Shown here: one piece after another, positions 38,774 through 48,606 of the stretch
Position numbering within the stretch: position 1 is the first letter of the stretch
How the letters are laid out: each line of letters begins with the position of its first letter
Source: a virus
Lineage: Duplodnaviria; Caudoviricetes
Reading direction: 5' to 3' (one strand)
IMG/VR virus record: IMGVR_UViG_2879636102_000002
Span: 15,566-79,565 of that record
DNA length: 64,000 nucleotides
The notes under the pieces: generated by a model
Databases searched by the model: none
What the model saw: only the letters and a program-made list of their open reading frames with translations
Told to the model about the DNA's origin: nothing
Program-made: the position numbers and the translations under genes

Positions 38774-39465
38774 CTCAAAATCTCTTTTGTTAAGTCTGAA
38801 AATTCATCCCAAACTTTCTCAGATAGTTTACCATTTATCGCTGACTTGGCAAATTCTGCTGATTTTGGAATTGATGTTTTTGTCGAAGGGAGTTCAATTT
38901 CCGAAATTCTTTCTGAATCCTTCTTCGAAACATTGAAAGGAACACACACAGGTTCGGTTACGTTGTTTTGCGCACATGCTTCAGCGATAAGCTGATATCC
39001 TTGGATTGTCCATCTGGAAAATCCTATCGGGCAAATCACATGATCTGCATTGTAAAGTGCTAAATACAATTCGTAAGTCAATGATGGTGGAGTATCAAAA
39101 ATAATATAATCAAAGTCCAAAGATTTTAAAGCGTTGTGAAACCTTAAAGCTGTGCCTGGGTTTGCCCCAAACTCATTTTGAGCTTTCGCGAGTTCAGGTG
39201 TAGTCGGGACAACGCCGAGACCTGGCTCAACGATTCTTATCGCATCTGAAATTGAGACCCTTCCTTTTAAAATATTGTATAATGACTTAGATTGAAGTGA
39301 ATCAAGTTCCTCGTTTCTAAGGAAGAAATCAGTAAGATTGTTATTTGGGTCCGCATCGATAAGCAAAACTCGCTTTTTTTGTCTCGCAAGGGAGGCCGCA
39401 AAATAAATGGCTAGTGTAGTTTTCCCAACTCCGCCTTTTAAAGATGCAATGGTGATAGACTTCAT
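38770..39465 (-). CDS. parA: ParA/Soj family partition ATPase
   Basis: KGGVGKTT, LLIDADP, DYIIFDTPP. Confidence 0.93.
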   Translation of the reverse strand: MKSITIASLKGGVGKTTLAIYFAASLARQKKRVLLIDADPNNNLTDFFLRNEELDSLQSKSLYNILKGRVSISDAIRIVEPGLGVVPTTPELAKAQNEFGANPGTALRFHNALKSLDFDYIIFDTPPSLTYELYLALYNADHVICPIGFSRWTIQGYQLIAEACAQNNVTEPVCVPFNVSKKDSERISEIELPSTKTSIPKSAEFAKSAINGKLSEKVWDEFSDLTKEILR

Positions 39466-39547
39466 CTAGGGATAATTTATATGCTGGAATTCAAATGCAA
39501 GGAAAAACGATTTCATTTTTCCATTATAAGAAAAATACTTAGAAAAA

Positions 39548-40492
39548 ATGTCTCTTCTTTCCAATATTGAAAAAGTTTTAGCGATTCCAGAAATCCAATC
39601 AGACCCATTTGTTTTTGAAAAAAACTTTTTTGACCCTTCTTTTTGGGTACTTTTTCTTTCCCAAAGGCATGGAATATCTAAGATAAAATTTGATTGGGAA
39701 CAAAATAGATCTTTTGCAAATACTATTGGTTTGTTTGGTTTTATTGATCCTCGCCAATCAGTTAATATAAACCGACATTCTGAGGGTAATAAGTATTCTA
39801 GAATTCAGAGAATTGATTCAGAGGATCCAAAATCAGTCGATTTAGCGAATACAGGAATTAATACTTGTATGCGTAAGGTTTTACAAGATTACCCGTTTTT
39901 GTTGGTAAGTCAAAGTGCAACCGGACTTTTGCAAACCGTCATGGAATTGCATGATAATGTCGCAAGTCACAGTGAATCACAAGGATTTTCATTTTTCCAA
40001 TTAAGGAAACAAGAGCTTTATTTCTGTATTTCAGATTCAGGGAAAGGCTTCCTAAACGAAATCAGATCACATAATATCCCTGGGATTATGTCGCATCAAG
40101 AGGCAATAAATTGGAGTCTAAAGAAGGGAAATTCAACAAAGAAAGTTGATGATGAATTTGCTCAGATGCTACCTGAGGATGCTTTTATCAATCCTATGAG
40201 AGGAACGAACACGTTTCGTAGAAAAGCTGACGGAAATCATCACATGGGAATAGGATTGGATATTCTGAAATCATTTTGCTTGGATTCAGGTGGAACATTG
40301 GAAATTGCAAGTGGTGATTCCATTTACATTCTAAATTCGAGGGGAGAGGAAAATTTTATAAATGGGCCAAAAATAGTTGGCGTAACGATATCTATGTCTA
40401 TTAATTTGTCCCTAGCCAAGGCTAGACTAGAAAAGTTGGCGAAATTACCAAATATTTTGCCGTCAATTAAGTGGGAGGTTAGTCATGAATGA
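39548..40492 (+). CDS. GHKL/HATPase_c (anti-sigma kinase-like) protein
   Basis: ELHDNVASHS (N box), ISDSGKG (G1), MGIGL (G2). Confidence 0.8.
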   Translation: MSLLSNIEKVLAIPEIQSDPFVFEKNFFDPSFWVLFLSQRHGISKIKFDWEQNRSFANTIGLFGFIDPRQSVNINRHSEGNKYSRIQRIDSEDPKSVDLANTGINTCMRKVLQDYPFLLVSQSATGLLQTVMELHDNVASHSESQGFSFFQLRKQELYFCISDSGKGFLNEIRSHNIPGIMSHQEAINWSLKKGNSTKKVDDEFAQMLPEDAFINPMRGTNTFRRKADGNHHMGIGLDILKSFCLDSGGTLEIASGDSIYILNSRGEENFINGPKIVGVTISMSINLSLAKARLEKLAKLPNILPSIKWEVSHE

Positions 40493-40781
40493 AACAGTAA
40501 GATTAAGTTTTTCTGGAACTGATTTATCCTCACGGACTTATGGCCAAGAGCAAAGGCTAATTCTTGAAAAACTTCTCCAAAATGGCGACAAGGTAACTAT
40601 AGATTTAAGGAATATAGAATCTATTTCTCATTCTTTTGCTGATGAACTCTTTGCAGTTTTATATTCAAAAGTAGGGGAGAAGACCTTCTCAGAGAAGATT
40701 AACTTTATAGTAAAAAGTGAAGATTTAGTACAAGTCATCTCTGATTCTATTCGCTATAGATGCAATTTACAAAGCGTTTAA
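40485..40781 (+). CDS. STAS-like (DUF4325-type) protein
   Basis: LSSRTYG...VTIDLRNIESISHSFADELF. Confidence 0.8.
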   Translation: MNETVRLSFSGTDLSSRTYGQEQRLILEKLLQNGDKVTIDLRNIESISHSFADELFAVLYSKVGEKTFSEKINFIVKSEDLVQVISDSIRYRCNLQSV

Positions 40782-40793
40782 CACGCTTAAGCC

Positions 40794-41801
40794 TTATTGA
40801 TCAATCTCACTCGGGATATAGAATTGATCAACATTTGAAATATGTTTAACTTCAATGCTTTCTTTTCCAGGGTAGTGATTTTGCTTAATTAGCTGATTGA
40901 CTCTTCCCAATGCTTGTTCGCTTGAATCTTGAACATAGGCCTTTTTAAGTTTCCTAAGCATTGAAAAAATTCTACTGTCTATGAATCTATTGAAAGTGGG
41001 AAAGGAGTACCCAATTACTACTAAAACCTCTGTATCTGAAATATCCGCAAAAAATTTTTCTCTCTGATTTTTTATTGGCTCATGGCTATCCCAAGCAAAA
41101 TGGAAATTTAAATCAGCTTCGCTTTTTAACCATTCTAAAAAAAGTTTTTGGATTTTCTCCGGGTGACGGCTCTCGTTAGGTAAGTGAAAATATGCAGCAG
41201 ATAAAGAATTCGATAAAATATCATTACCAAAAAACTCGGCACCAGCATATCCGTTTAATCTATAAACTTGATTCTTACTAGGAGTATTAGAATGCAAATC
41301 AGAGGTTTTAAGTAAAATAGAGTTAACTTCGCTTTCTTTGAAGTTCGTTAAAGACATTAATGCTTCGGTAATTTGAAGATCGTAATTCCAAGTCGCAATT
41401 TTTATCTCGGGATGGAAAGTAACATTTGAAGATTCTTCATTAAAATTAATTAAGGCAGAAAAAAAACCGAAATATCTCTTATCTACCTTTTTTATGCTCT
41501 GTTCAAGTACAATGTAAGTAGCTAAAGTAATCTTTGCAATTTTATATTCTTGGTATTTTTTTGAAAGAAGTAAGCTCTTCGCAAATATATCGGGAGTACC
41601 GTAATCTCGAACCCCGTTGGCGAGCCATTCAAATTTCTCGATTAAGATATTGTCCGGTGAAAAGCTTATTGGAGTGCTATATCTTTCAGCCAGACCATAA
41701 CCAAAAGATTTGGTCCATGATCTAATACTATCTTCCATTTTCGGAACTGTTGATATTGTATTGGCACTAGCCCCAGCGCCCAATAGATAGAGTGTCTTCA
41801 A
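40794..41801 (-). CDS. SIR2-like domain protein
   Basis: YLLGAGAS, ATWNYD, RLNG and VVIGYSF motifs. Confidence 0.75.
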   Translation of the reverse strand: MKTLYLLGAGASANTISTVPKMEDSIRSWTKSFGYGLAERYSTPISFSPDNILIEKFEWLANGVRDYGTPDIFAKSLLLSKKYQEYKIAKITLATYIVLEQSIKKVDKRYFGFFSALINFNEESSNVTFHPEIKIATWNYDLQITEALMSLTNFKESEVNSILLKTSDLHSNTPSKNQVYRLNGYAGAEFFGNDILSNSLSAAYFHLPNESRHPEKIQKLFLEWLKSEADLNFHFAWDSHEPIKNQREKFFADISDTEVLVVIGYSFPTFNRFIDSRIFSMLRKLKKAYVQDSSEQALGRVNQLIKQNHYPGKESIEVKHISNVDQFYIPSEIDQ

Positions 41802-42072
41802 AATAAATTCCTCTATTATAAATTTTTAAATCTTCTTACCATAGAAGATCCTTTTATCAAATTCTCCCAACCAAAAAAGTATTTGTAAATTTTCGTACCA
41901 AATGGATTCGTCCGTTCTCCGTGAACGATTTTGCGGAACCATATCTAATCAAAAAATTCTTCGATGGAGATGTCGAAAAATACAAACTCTTCGATAAAAT
42001 CCAAAACAGATTTATTGCAGAATCGACAGAAAAATCTCTATTAGTCCATGAAATAATCAAAAGAAGTAGAGA

Positions 42073-42378
42073 ATGATTATGTCACTTAAATGGGACAAAT
42101 TAGAACATTTTTTTAAAATAAAATTGTTTTGGATGATTTCTGTCCCAGGAGCATATTACTATACATATGTGGAGTTAAGTAAAAAGCAGAAGAAGGAGAT
42201 AGTGAAAGAGGAGCTTTTGCAGTTTGCCAATGCCATTCTTTATTCTGAGGGATCGTTAGAAACCCTTATAGAAAAATTTTCCGATAGAATAGGGGAGTTG
42301 AATAGTGATGAGCTTCCAAGTTTTTGTTCAAATCCCCAGAAACCCTCGAATAACAGAGAAAAGCCGATCACGCTCTGA
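42073..42378 (+). CDS. Hypothetical protein
   Basis: 101 aa ORF convergent with and overlapping the repressor; no motif. Confidence 0.3.
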   Translation: MIMSLKWDKLEHFFKIKLFWMISVPGAYYYTYVELSKKQKKEIVKEELLQFANAILYSEGSLETLIEKFSDRIGELNSDELPSFCSNPQKPSNNREKPITL

Positions 42379-42708
42379 CTTTTTTAATTCTAATATTGCC
42401 TGGAGTATTTCTTTCAATTCCGGATCTTTCAATATTTTTCTAGTAAACTCTACATCCTCACTGACGGCTTTTTTGGAAATTTGATCCACTTTCTTGGGAA
42501 GTTCGCCATTTAGGAGCCATTCCTTGCGATAACCGAAACGGATCTCAATTAGCGTTGCGACCGGTGATGAAATTTGGCTATCCCCTCTGATATATGCACT
42601 TATCGCGCCTTGGGTAATACCAAGCGCTTCGGCAATTTTGACCTGGGTATGACCTTCGTTCTTTAATTCAGAGAAAACCTCGAATAATCGCTCACGAACA
42701 TTGGTCAT
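42328..42708 (-). CDS. CI-like XRE repressor (no peptidase domain)
   Basis: TQVKIAEALGITQGAISAYIRG...EWLLNGE; divergent from the early operon. Confidence 0.85.
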   Translation of the reverse strand: MTNVRERLFEVFSELKNEGHTQVKIAEALGITQGAISAYIRGDSQISSPVATLIEIRFGYRKEWLLNGELPKKVDQISKKAVSEDVEFTRKILKDPELKEILQAILELKKSERDRLFSVIRGFLGI

Positions 42709-42717
42709 AAAATAAAA

Positions 42718-42794
42718 TAACCATTATTATTTATTTTGCTTGCTAAAATAATACTCACTATTATTCTCTTATCAATAGTGGTTATTAACCACTA
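42718..42794. promoter_or_regulatory. Immunity operator/promoter region
   Basis: Palindrome TAGTGGTTA-T-TAACCACTA (42776-42794), related half sites (ATAACCATTATT at 42718) and a TTGCTA...TATTCT promoter. Confidence 0.6.
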
Positions 42795-42810
42795 GAGGAT
42801 TTAAAATTAC

Positions 42811-43113
42811 ATGAGCAGTGCAGAGATTCAAGCAGATTACAACGAGCTTTTAACTATGTCTCTTGGCCCACGCCGACCTTTCCCGGACGATCCGGATCTC
42901 ATCAATAGGATGTTATCTCTATTAGGAAAAAACCAAGAGATGATAGCGCATGAGACTGGAAAATCCAAGCAGCTTGTTTCTGCCTTTATTCAGGGGACTC
43001 GCCACAATCCAGACATTGCGCTCTGGTTTGAAAAACATGGAATTTATTTAGATAGGGACTATGTAGACCCTCTCTTAGATTCCAGAAGGACAGTAGAGAG
43101 GTTAACCGCATGA
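42811..43113 (+). CDS. Cro-like HTH protein
   Basis: NQEMIAHETGKSKQLVSAFIQG. Confidence 0.75.
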   Translation: MSSAEIQADYNELLTMSLGPRRPFPDDPDLINRMLSLLGKNQEMIAHETGKSKQLVSAFIQGTRHNPDIALWFEKHGIYLDRDYVDPLLDSRRTVERLTA

Positions 43114-43352
43114 AAACCAAACAATTGTCACCAAAGCAAATTCAATCTGAACTTTCAAAGATCGGTTTCAATGAGTATGATGTTTTTCTTCGGGTTGGTG
43201 GAGTATCTTTGATGCAGGTTAAAAACACGATCAAAGGAAAATCCAATAACCAATCGATCCTTATGAGATTGGAAGAACTAGGAGTAAAACATGGAAGAAC
43301 ATTTAAGCACGGATTAAGTAAGGAGAATAGAAGTGTTGGAAAAAGAAACTAA
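43110..43352 (+). CDS. Small HTH-like protein
   Basis: 80 aa, ATGA coupled; weak HTH pattern. Confidence 0.55.
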   Translation: MKTKQLSPKQIQSELSKIGFNEYDVFLRVGGVSLMQVKNTIKGKSNNQSILMRLEELGVKHGRTFKHGLSKENRSVGKRN

Positions 43353-43515
43353 GACAATCGTCAAGTTAATGGAAAACGGGAATATCCGCTTATCTGAAGA
43401 TGGCTTTTTGTTAGGCGAGATGTCAAAAGAAGTTTTCGAGACTCACTATAAAAGTAAGTTAAAGGGAACAACAGTGTATATGGCCGAAAAAAAAGCTACC
43501 AGGTTGACTGCCTGA
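43333..43515 (+). CDS. Hypothetical protein
   Basis: AAGGAG RBS; 60 aa. Confidence 0.55.
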   Translation: MLEKETKTIVKLMENGNIRLSEDGFLLGEMSKEVFETHYKSKLKGTTVYMAEKKATRLTA

Positions 43516-43524
43516 TAGCTTTTT
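43490..43524 (+). terminator. Intrinsic terminator (tR1-like)
   Basis: aaaaagctaccagg / cctgatagcttttt hairpin with a T-run. Confidence 0.65.
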
Positions 43525-43607
43525 CCAGAGAAGAAAAGTTTTAGCTAAACTCACTTCTCTATTTTTAAAAATACAAGTCAACAAAAATTTAATAGGAGAA
43601 GTTAGAG

Positions 43608-43802
43608 ATGCTTAAATCTGAAAGTTTATCTCAAAATATTGATCAAGAAATATTTTCCGTAAGGAATGTTTACGAAATCTTAATTGATCATAAATATCAC
43701 CATTCCGAAGCAATCGAATTACTCCAGGGATATGGTTATCAAACCTACGAACTGGAAGTGGAATTTAATCAAAAATTTGAAATGGAGTTACAACATGTCT
43801 GA
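43608..43802 (+). CDS. Hypothetical protein
   Basis: AGGAG RBS; 64 aa. Confidence 0.55.
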   Translation: MLKSESLSQNIDQEIFSVRNVYEILIDHKYHHSEAIELLQGYGYQTYELEVEFNQKFEMELQHV

Positions 43803-44682
43803 AACAACTACCACAGAAAATTCTATCTTGCTCTCAAATGGCGAGATCAATCCAAGTGCTTACGCAAAGGATCCAATCGAGAAACTAAAGAACCTTCGCA
43901 CATTGTTTCCACCAGAGAAATATAATATCGTTATGTTCTCTCAGTTTCTTATGAATTCTCTCCCGGAAGGGATCTCACTCAAGCCACAGTTTGTTACTGT
44001 TAGCGATGACGATCTTTGGGACGAAAAAAATGCATCAGGTGTTAAACTAACTGCGGGCCATGTTATGTTGAAATCCGAAAAGGTGATCAATATCGCTCAA
44101 GCAATCGGACTCCGGCTAGAAAAAGTTTTGGAAGAAGAAACAATACTCAATAAAATCCCTCACCTTCGAATTGAATACGTTGCCTCTCTCCGTTTACCAG
44201 ATGGCACAATAGTGAAATCATCGCCAGTTGGCAAAAGTCTACCCATTACTACAAAGGATGGCTCAAACCAAGCCCACATTTACGAGAACGTAGATCGAAA
44301 AGCAAAGAGAAATGCGATCAAAGAAATGCTCGCAATACCCACCCAGATGAAAAGGGAAGAAGCGCAGAAAATGTGGGTTTGTGTGAGAGCTGTTGTTGGT
44401 GATGGATCTACTGAATCTCAAGAAGTGGGAAAAACCATCGAGGCGTCTGCGACCGTTGCAACAGAGAACCTTTATGGAGATCCTACTCCAACAGTCCTGA
44501 AACCTTACACGGCCCAGGAATTTCAATCTTGGATTAAAGAATGCAATACCCAGGCACGTTGGGATGAACTTCGAGATTCACTATCAAGAGATATCATCGA
44601 AGAAGAATTAACTTTTCTAGGATTGAAAACATTACTCGCAAACAAATATCGCGAATTGAAACCAAAGGAGCAGAAGCTATGA
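43795..44682 (+). CDS. Hypothetical protein, possibly recombination/single-strand annealing
   Basis: Start reassigned to ATG 43795 (GGAG RBS); directly upstream of sbcD/sbcC; function from context only. Confidence 0.55.
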   Translation: MSETTTTENSILLSNGEINPSAYAKDPIEKLKNLRTLFPPEKYNIVMFSQFLMNSLPEGISLKPQFVTVSDDDLWDEKNASGVKLTAGHVMLKSEKVINIAQAIGLRLEKVLEEETILNKIPHLRIEYVASLRLPDGTIVKSSPVGKSLPITTKDGSNQAHIYENVDRKAKRNAIKEMLAIPTQMKREEAQKMWVCVRAVVGDGSTESQEVGKTIEASATVATENLYGDPTPTVLKPYTAQEFQSWIKECNTQARWDELRDSLSRDIIEEELTFLGLKTLLANKYRELKPKEQKL

Positions 44683-45839
44683 GTATCAAAATTGGTAACA
44701 TTGCGGACATCCACCTCCAAGGAGGTTTTGAATCCAAAGAAGCAATAGCTCTTCTCAGAGCAGGTGAGATTTTTCGGGAAACGAATGTGGATGTGGTAAG
44801 TGTAGGTGGCGATATCTTTGAAGATGTATCCACAGAAGAGCAAAGACTTGTTTTCAAAACATTCTTAGATGGTTTCCAAGGTCGAACTCCCATTCTAATT
44901 ACACGAGGAAATCATGATAAACCGAAAGAGCTACTTTCTTACCAGAACAGAAGCCAACTGCAGATCTATGTTTCAGAATATCCTGAAGTCTTAGATTTAT
45001 ATCTTGGTTCAGGAAAAGAAAAAGTTCGATTCTTGACTATCCCACATTACTCAGCCGGAGCCTTAGCACTTCAATCTCAGAGTGTTGAGCAATTGGGAGA
45101 AAAAGGAACGAATGCATTCATGGATCTCTTGGATGGTTACTATCAAAAAATTCAAAGATCGGACTGCCCTTGCTTTGTGCCTTTTCATGGAACAATTTCG
45201 GGTGCCAAATTGGATAACGATAAGATTCCGAGACTAAATGGAATTCACCTTCCTCTGGGGTTACTGGAGTCATTTGGCTGTCCGGTTGTCGGTGGCCACT
45301 ATCACAAAAAACAAAAAGTCGGTGGTAAGGTTTGGTACCCCGGATCGATTACTCGCCAAACATGGGGAGAGGCGAATGACGATAAAGGTATTCTCATCTG
45401 GTCCCTAAACGATGGAATTTGGTATGAGGAGCCTGAATTTATATCCTTAAATCCTGAGCCGATGATTTCCATATCCGCAAAATGGGACGGATCCCGTTTT
45501 ATTGGAGAATCTGGAGAAGAGATCAATCTTGAAAAGATTTCTGAAAACAGTGCAAAATTGAGATTCCGATACACCGTAGAGAAAGAACTCACCCACACGG
45601 TTCCAACTAACATTAAAGAAATTCTCTCTGTAGTAGATCCATCGGTTAAAATTGAAAAAACTACAATCACAAAAATTGCAGTTCGAAATGAGGAGATTGC
45701 AAAGACAAACGATATCGAAGAATCTCTTCGAATCTATTTTAAAAGCAAAGGCATGGATGATTCGGAAATCGAAACACATCTCGAAGAACGTCGGGCAATC
45801 AAAGAGTCCCAAGAAACCAAAGAAAAGGTGGCAGCATGA
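44679..45839 (+). CDS. sbcD: SbcD/Mre11-like metallophosphoesterase nuclease
   Basis: ADIH, GGDIFE, GNHD, GHYH, YPGS motifs. Confidence 0.9.
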   Translation: MSIKIGNIADIHLQGGFESKEAIALLRAGEIFRETNVDVVSVGGDIFEDVSTEEQRLVFKTFLDGFQGRTPILITRGNHDKPKELLSYQNRSQLQIYVSEYPEVLDLYLGSGKEKVRFLTIPHYSAGALALQSQSVEQLGEKGTNAFMDLLDGYYQKIQRSDCPCFVPFHGTISGAKLDNDKIPRLNGIHLPLGLLESFGCPVVGGHYHKKQKVGGKVWYPGSITRQTWGEANDDKGILIWSLNDGIWYEEPEFISLNPEPMISISAKWDGSRFIGESGEEINLEKISENSAKLRFRYTVEKELTHTVPTNIKEILSVVDPSVKIEKTTITKIAVRNEEIAKTNDIEESLRIYFKSKGMDDSEIETHLEERRAIKESQETKEKVAA

Positions 45840-48175
45840 AAATTCTAGAAATCAAAAACAAAGGATCTATCGCTTTCCCAGAGGGCATCACATGGACTCC
45901 CGGGAATGAGGCAAAAATTGCAATCGTTGGCGATAACGGATCAGGAAAGACCACTCTCCTTGATACGATTTCGATGGCATTCTATGGAGTAACACCAAAC
46001 AGACGTTCCGAATCTGGAAGAGAAGAAGGTGCCATTTACGGATGCTTTAAAGCTAAATCTTCCTCGATTGAAGTGAAGGCGGAGATCGGTGGGAAAATAA
46101 TCCACGTGAAGAGGCTGATCGATCCTATTGCTAAAACTCAAAAGCCCTATCTTTATGTAGATGGAAAAGCAGTAACAGAAGGAAAACTCAAAGAGTTCCA
46201 GGAAAAGTTTTTGGAACACACAGATCTTCCACAGGATCTTTTCCTTTCTGCTCTTTACCATTCTCAAAAAGGGAAGGGTCACATTGTCTCCCTGGACCAA
46301 GCAGGATCTAGAGAACTACTCGGAAATCTATTGGGATTTCAAGAATATGATTCGGAATTCGATCTACTCGAAAGCGAAAGGAAGGTGCTAGAATCAAATA
46401 TTGCCACAGATGATCTATTGTTTAAAAATTTAAACTTTATCATCGAAGGTGAGGAAAATGCCAAAGAAAGTCTTCAGGTTTTTGAATCTGATAAAGTTAG
46501 AATAGATTCAGAATTGGCATCTTTGGAAAAAACTCTCTCCGATATTCAACAGAGATTGGCAGAATATAAATCTGAATCGTCCGATGTTCAGGCACTCATC
46601 GAGTCCAGGACTTTTACCGAAAAGGAAATTAAAGTTCTTGAGGATGAGATCGCCGATATCTCCGAGAGACTGAAAAATAACCAAGCATTAAAAGCCAAAG
46701 AGAAAGAGATTCGCTCAGCCGTTGAAAAAAAATCAATTTTGGAAGGAGAAATTTCTGAACTTGAAAATCATATAGTTTTGGCCCAAAACCAAATAGATTC
46801 TGCAACCAAAGAGATCGAAGAATTCAATAAAACTTTAAAGATTGAAATTGAGGAACTTGAGTCTGAGAAGGAAGCAGCGAGAAAGAATTCCGATACATTA
46901 AATTCCTCATGGTCAGATCAAAGAAGTAAGGTTGCCAAACTGGAATCTGAAATCACAGAATGTGAAAATAAGGCCAGTCTACTTCAGAGAGTACCATGTA
47001 ATGGTGTAGAAGTCTCAGGAAAGCAACTGAACGAATCCTGTGAATTACTAGCCGATGCCGTAAAATCAAAAGAGAAAATTGCATCTCTGAAAAGCGAACA
47101 CGACGAACTTCTAAAAGAAATGGAGCAAGAAGTTCTCAAAATCGAAAAGTTCAAAGAAGAAATGAAATCAATTGATTCTCTGAAACTAACTTTGTCTTCG
47201 AAGCTGAAAACCTTTGATTCCCTTACAGATGAGCGAGTAAAACTCGAGAACCTTAAAATGGAAATCAAGGTGAAAAAGGACGAAATCACTAGCTATACTG
47301 ATGCTCTTAAAAACTTGGCCCATTTGGATCTCGTAGACGAAAGGATTAGAGATTATCAGGCAAAAATTGAAATCGCTTCCAATAAGAAATCGGAATTAGA
47401 TTCCAAATTATCGGGATTGGCTCTTTTAATTACCGCAAAACAGTCCCAAGTTGATGGACAACTTCTAATAGAGAAAGAACTTGCTGACGCAAAGCTCAAA
47501 AAAGATGAAATGAGTAAGCGACGTGACGAGATACTGACCGAAGTCTCTAAGCTAGAAACCAAACTCAAACAGATTGAGGAATCCAAAGAAAAGTTGGAAG
47601 CTTTCGGTACACCCAAAAAATTGGAAAGATTGGGACGACTTAGAAATCTCTGCGAAGCCCTTTCTCCGAAAGGTATCCGGGCTCTTAAATTGGATGCTTC
47701 TGGACCTGAAATTTCTGCAACAATTAACGAAGTTCTTTCCGAATGTTACGGATCCAGATTTCAGGTATCTTTCAAAACTACCAAAGAAACTGGTAAAGGA
47801 ACGGTAAAAGAAGATTTTTCCATCGCAGTTTATGACGAAGAAACCGGAGAAGAAACCTTTGTAGATAACAAATCCGGTGGCCAGGAAGCCATCATTAAAG
47901 AAGGGATCTCCCTCGGAGTGGCCGTCTATAAGATCCAAAAAACAGGGAAGGCTATCGAGACACTGATTCGTGATGAAGCAGACGGTGGCCTCACTCCAGA
48001 GAACGCCAAATTATATCAAAAAATGTTAGATAAGGCTATGGTGCTTGGTGGATTCAAGCAGGTGATCTTTGTTTCCCACAAACCTGAAATCCAAAACTTA
48101 GCTGATGCGGTTTTCAAAGTGGGAGAAGGCAAAATTGCAGAATTATCTTTAGAAGATAAAGGGATGGATTTCTAA
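45836..48175 (+). CDS. sbcC: SbcC/Rad50-like SMC ATPase
   Basis: GDNGSGKTT, long coiled coil, KSGGQ, IRDEADG, VSH. Confidence 0.9.
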   Translation: MKILEIKNKGSIAFPEGITWTPGNEAKIAIVGDNGSGKTTLLDTISMAFYGVTPNRRSESGREEGAIYGCFKAKSSSIEVKAEIGGKIIHVKRLIDPIAKTQKPYLYVDGKAVTEGKLKEFQEKFLEHTDLPQDLFLSALYHSQKGKGHIVSLDQAGSRELLGNLLGFQEYDSEFDLLESERKVLESNIATDDLLFKNLNFIIEGEENAKESLQVFESDKVRIDSELASLEKTLSDIQQRLAEYKSESSDVQALIESRTFTEKEIKVLEDEIADISERLKNNQALKAKEKEIRSAVEKKSILEGEISELENHIVLAQNQIDSATKEIEEFNKTLKIEIEELESEKEAARKNSDTLNSSWSDQRSKVAKLESEITECENKASLLQRVPCNGVEVSGKQLNESCELLADAVKSKEKIASLKSEHDELLKEMEQEVLKIEKFKEEMKSIDSLKLTLSSKLKTFDSLTDERVKLENLKMEIKVKKDEITSYTDALKNLAHLDLVDERIRDYQAKIEIASNKKSELDSKLSGLALLITAKQSQVDGQLLIEKELADAKLKKDEMSKRRDEILTEVSKLETKLKQIEESKEKLEAFGTPKKLERLGRLRNLCEALSPKGIRALKLDASGPEISATINEVLSECYGSRFQVSFKTTKETGKGTVKEDFSIAVYDEETGEETFVDNKSGGQEAIIKEGISLGVAVYKIQKTGKAIETLIRDEADGGLTPENAKLYQKMLDKAMVLGGFKQVIFVSHKPEIQNLADAVFKVGEGKIAELSLEDKGMDF

Positions 48176-48176
48176 T

Positions 48177-48443
48177 ATGAATTTTCAGGCGAAAGATCTA
48201 ATGGAGTTAGTTGGAAACAAAAAGCCAACTAATGTGCGAAGAAGATTTGTTATTCGGCTATTGAACTGCATACGTGATTTACGTTCAAATGCATGTATTC
48301 AAAAGAAACAAATTCAGTATCTTCTTAATCAAATTGAACAACGTGATAAGATGATCGATGAATTGAGAGAAAAGAACATTGCACTTTTGAGTCAAAGACT
48401 ATCAGAACAAAGACCTTTTCAAAGAGTAAATATTGTAGCGTAG
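48177..48443 (+). CDS. Hypothetical coiled-coil protein
   Basis: 88 aa in the operon. Confidence 0.55.
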   Translation: MNFQAKDLMELVGNKKPTNVRRRFVIRLLNCIRDLRSNACIQKKQIQYLLNQIEQRDKMIDELREKNIALLSQRLSEQRPFQRVNIVA

Positions 48444-48452
48444 GGTAAGAAA

Positions 48453-48587
48453 ATGGAATTGATCTTGTATGGACTATTAATGTGTATTTTAAGTTTTTCC
48501 TTTGGTTATTTTTTCGGGAATCGAAAAATACCTTCAAAATCAGGTGTAAGCGTTATCAAGAATACACCTCGTAACTTTTTATCCTAA
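48453..48587 (+). CDS. Small membrane peptide (44 aa)
   Basis: Hand translation MELILYGLLMCILSFSFGYFFG...; fills the gap in the operon. Confidence 0.45.
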   Translation: MELILYGLLMCILSFSFGYFFGNRKIPSKSGVSVIKNTPRNFLS

Positions 48588-48606
48588 CAAGAGACATATA
48601 AAAATT

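Noticed and set aside
41820-42072. ORF between SIR2-like gene and repressor (67-aa minus ORF and its mirror frame)
   Set aside because: The plus frame has no good start near its 5' end and the minus ORF has no features; neither is supportable.
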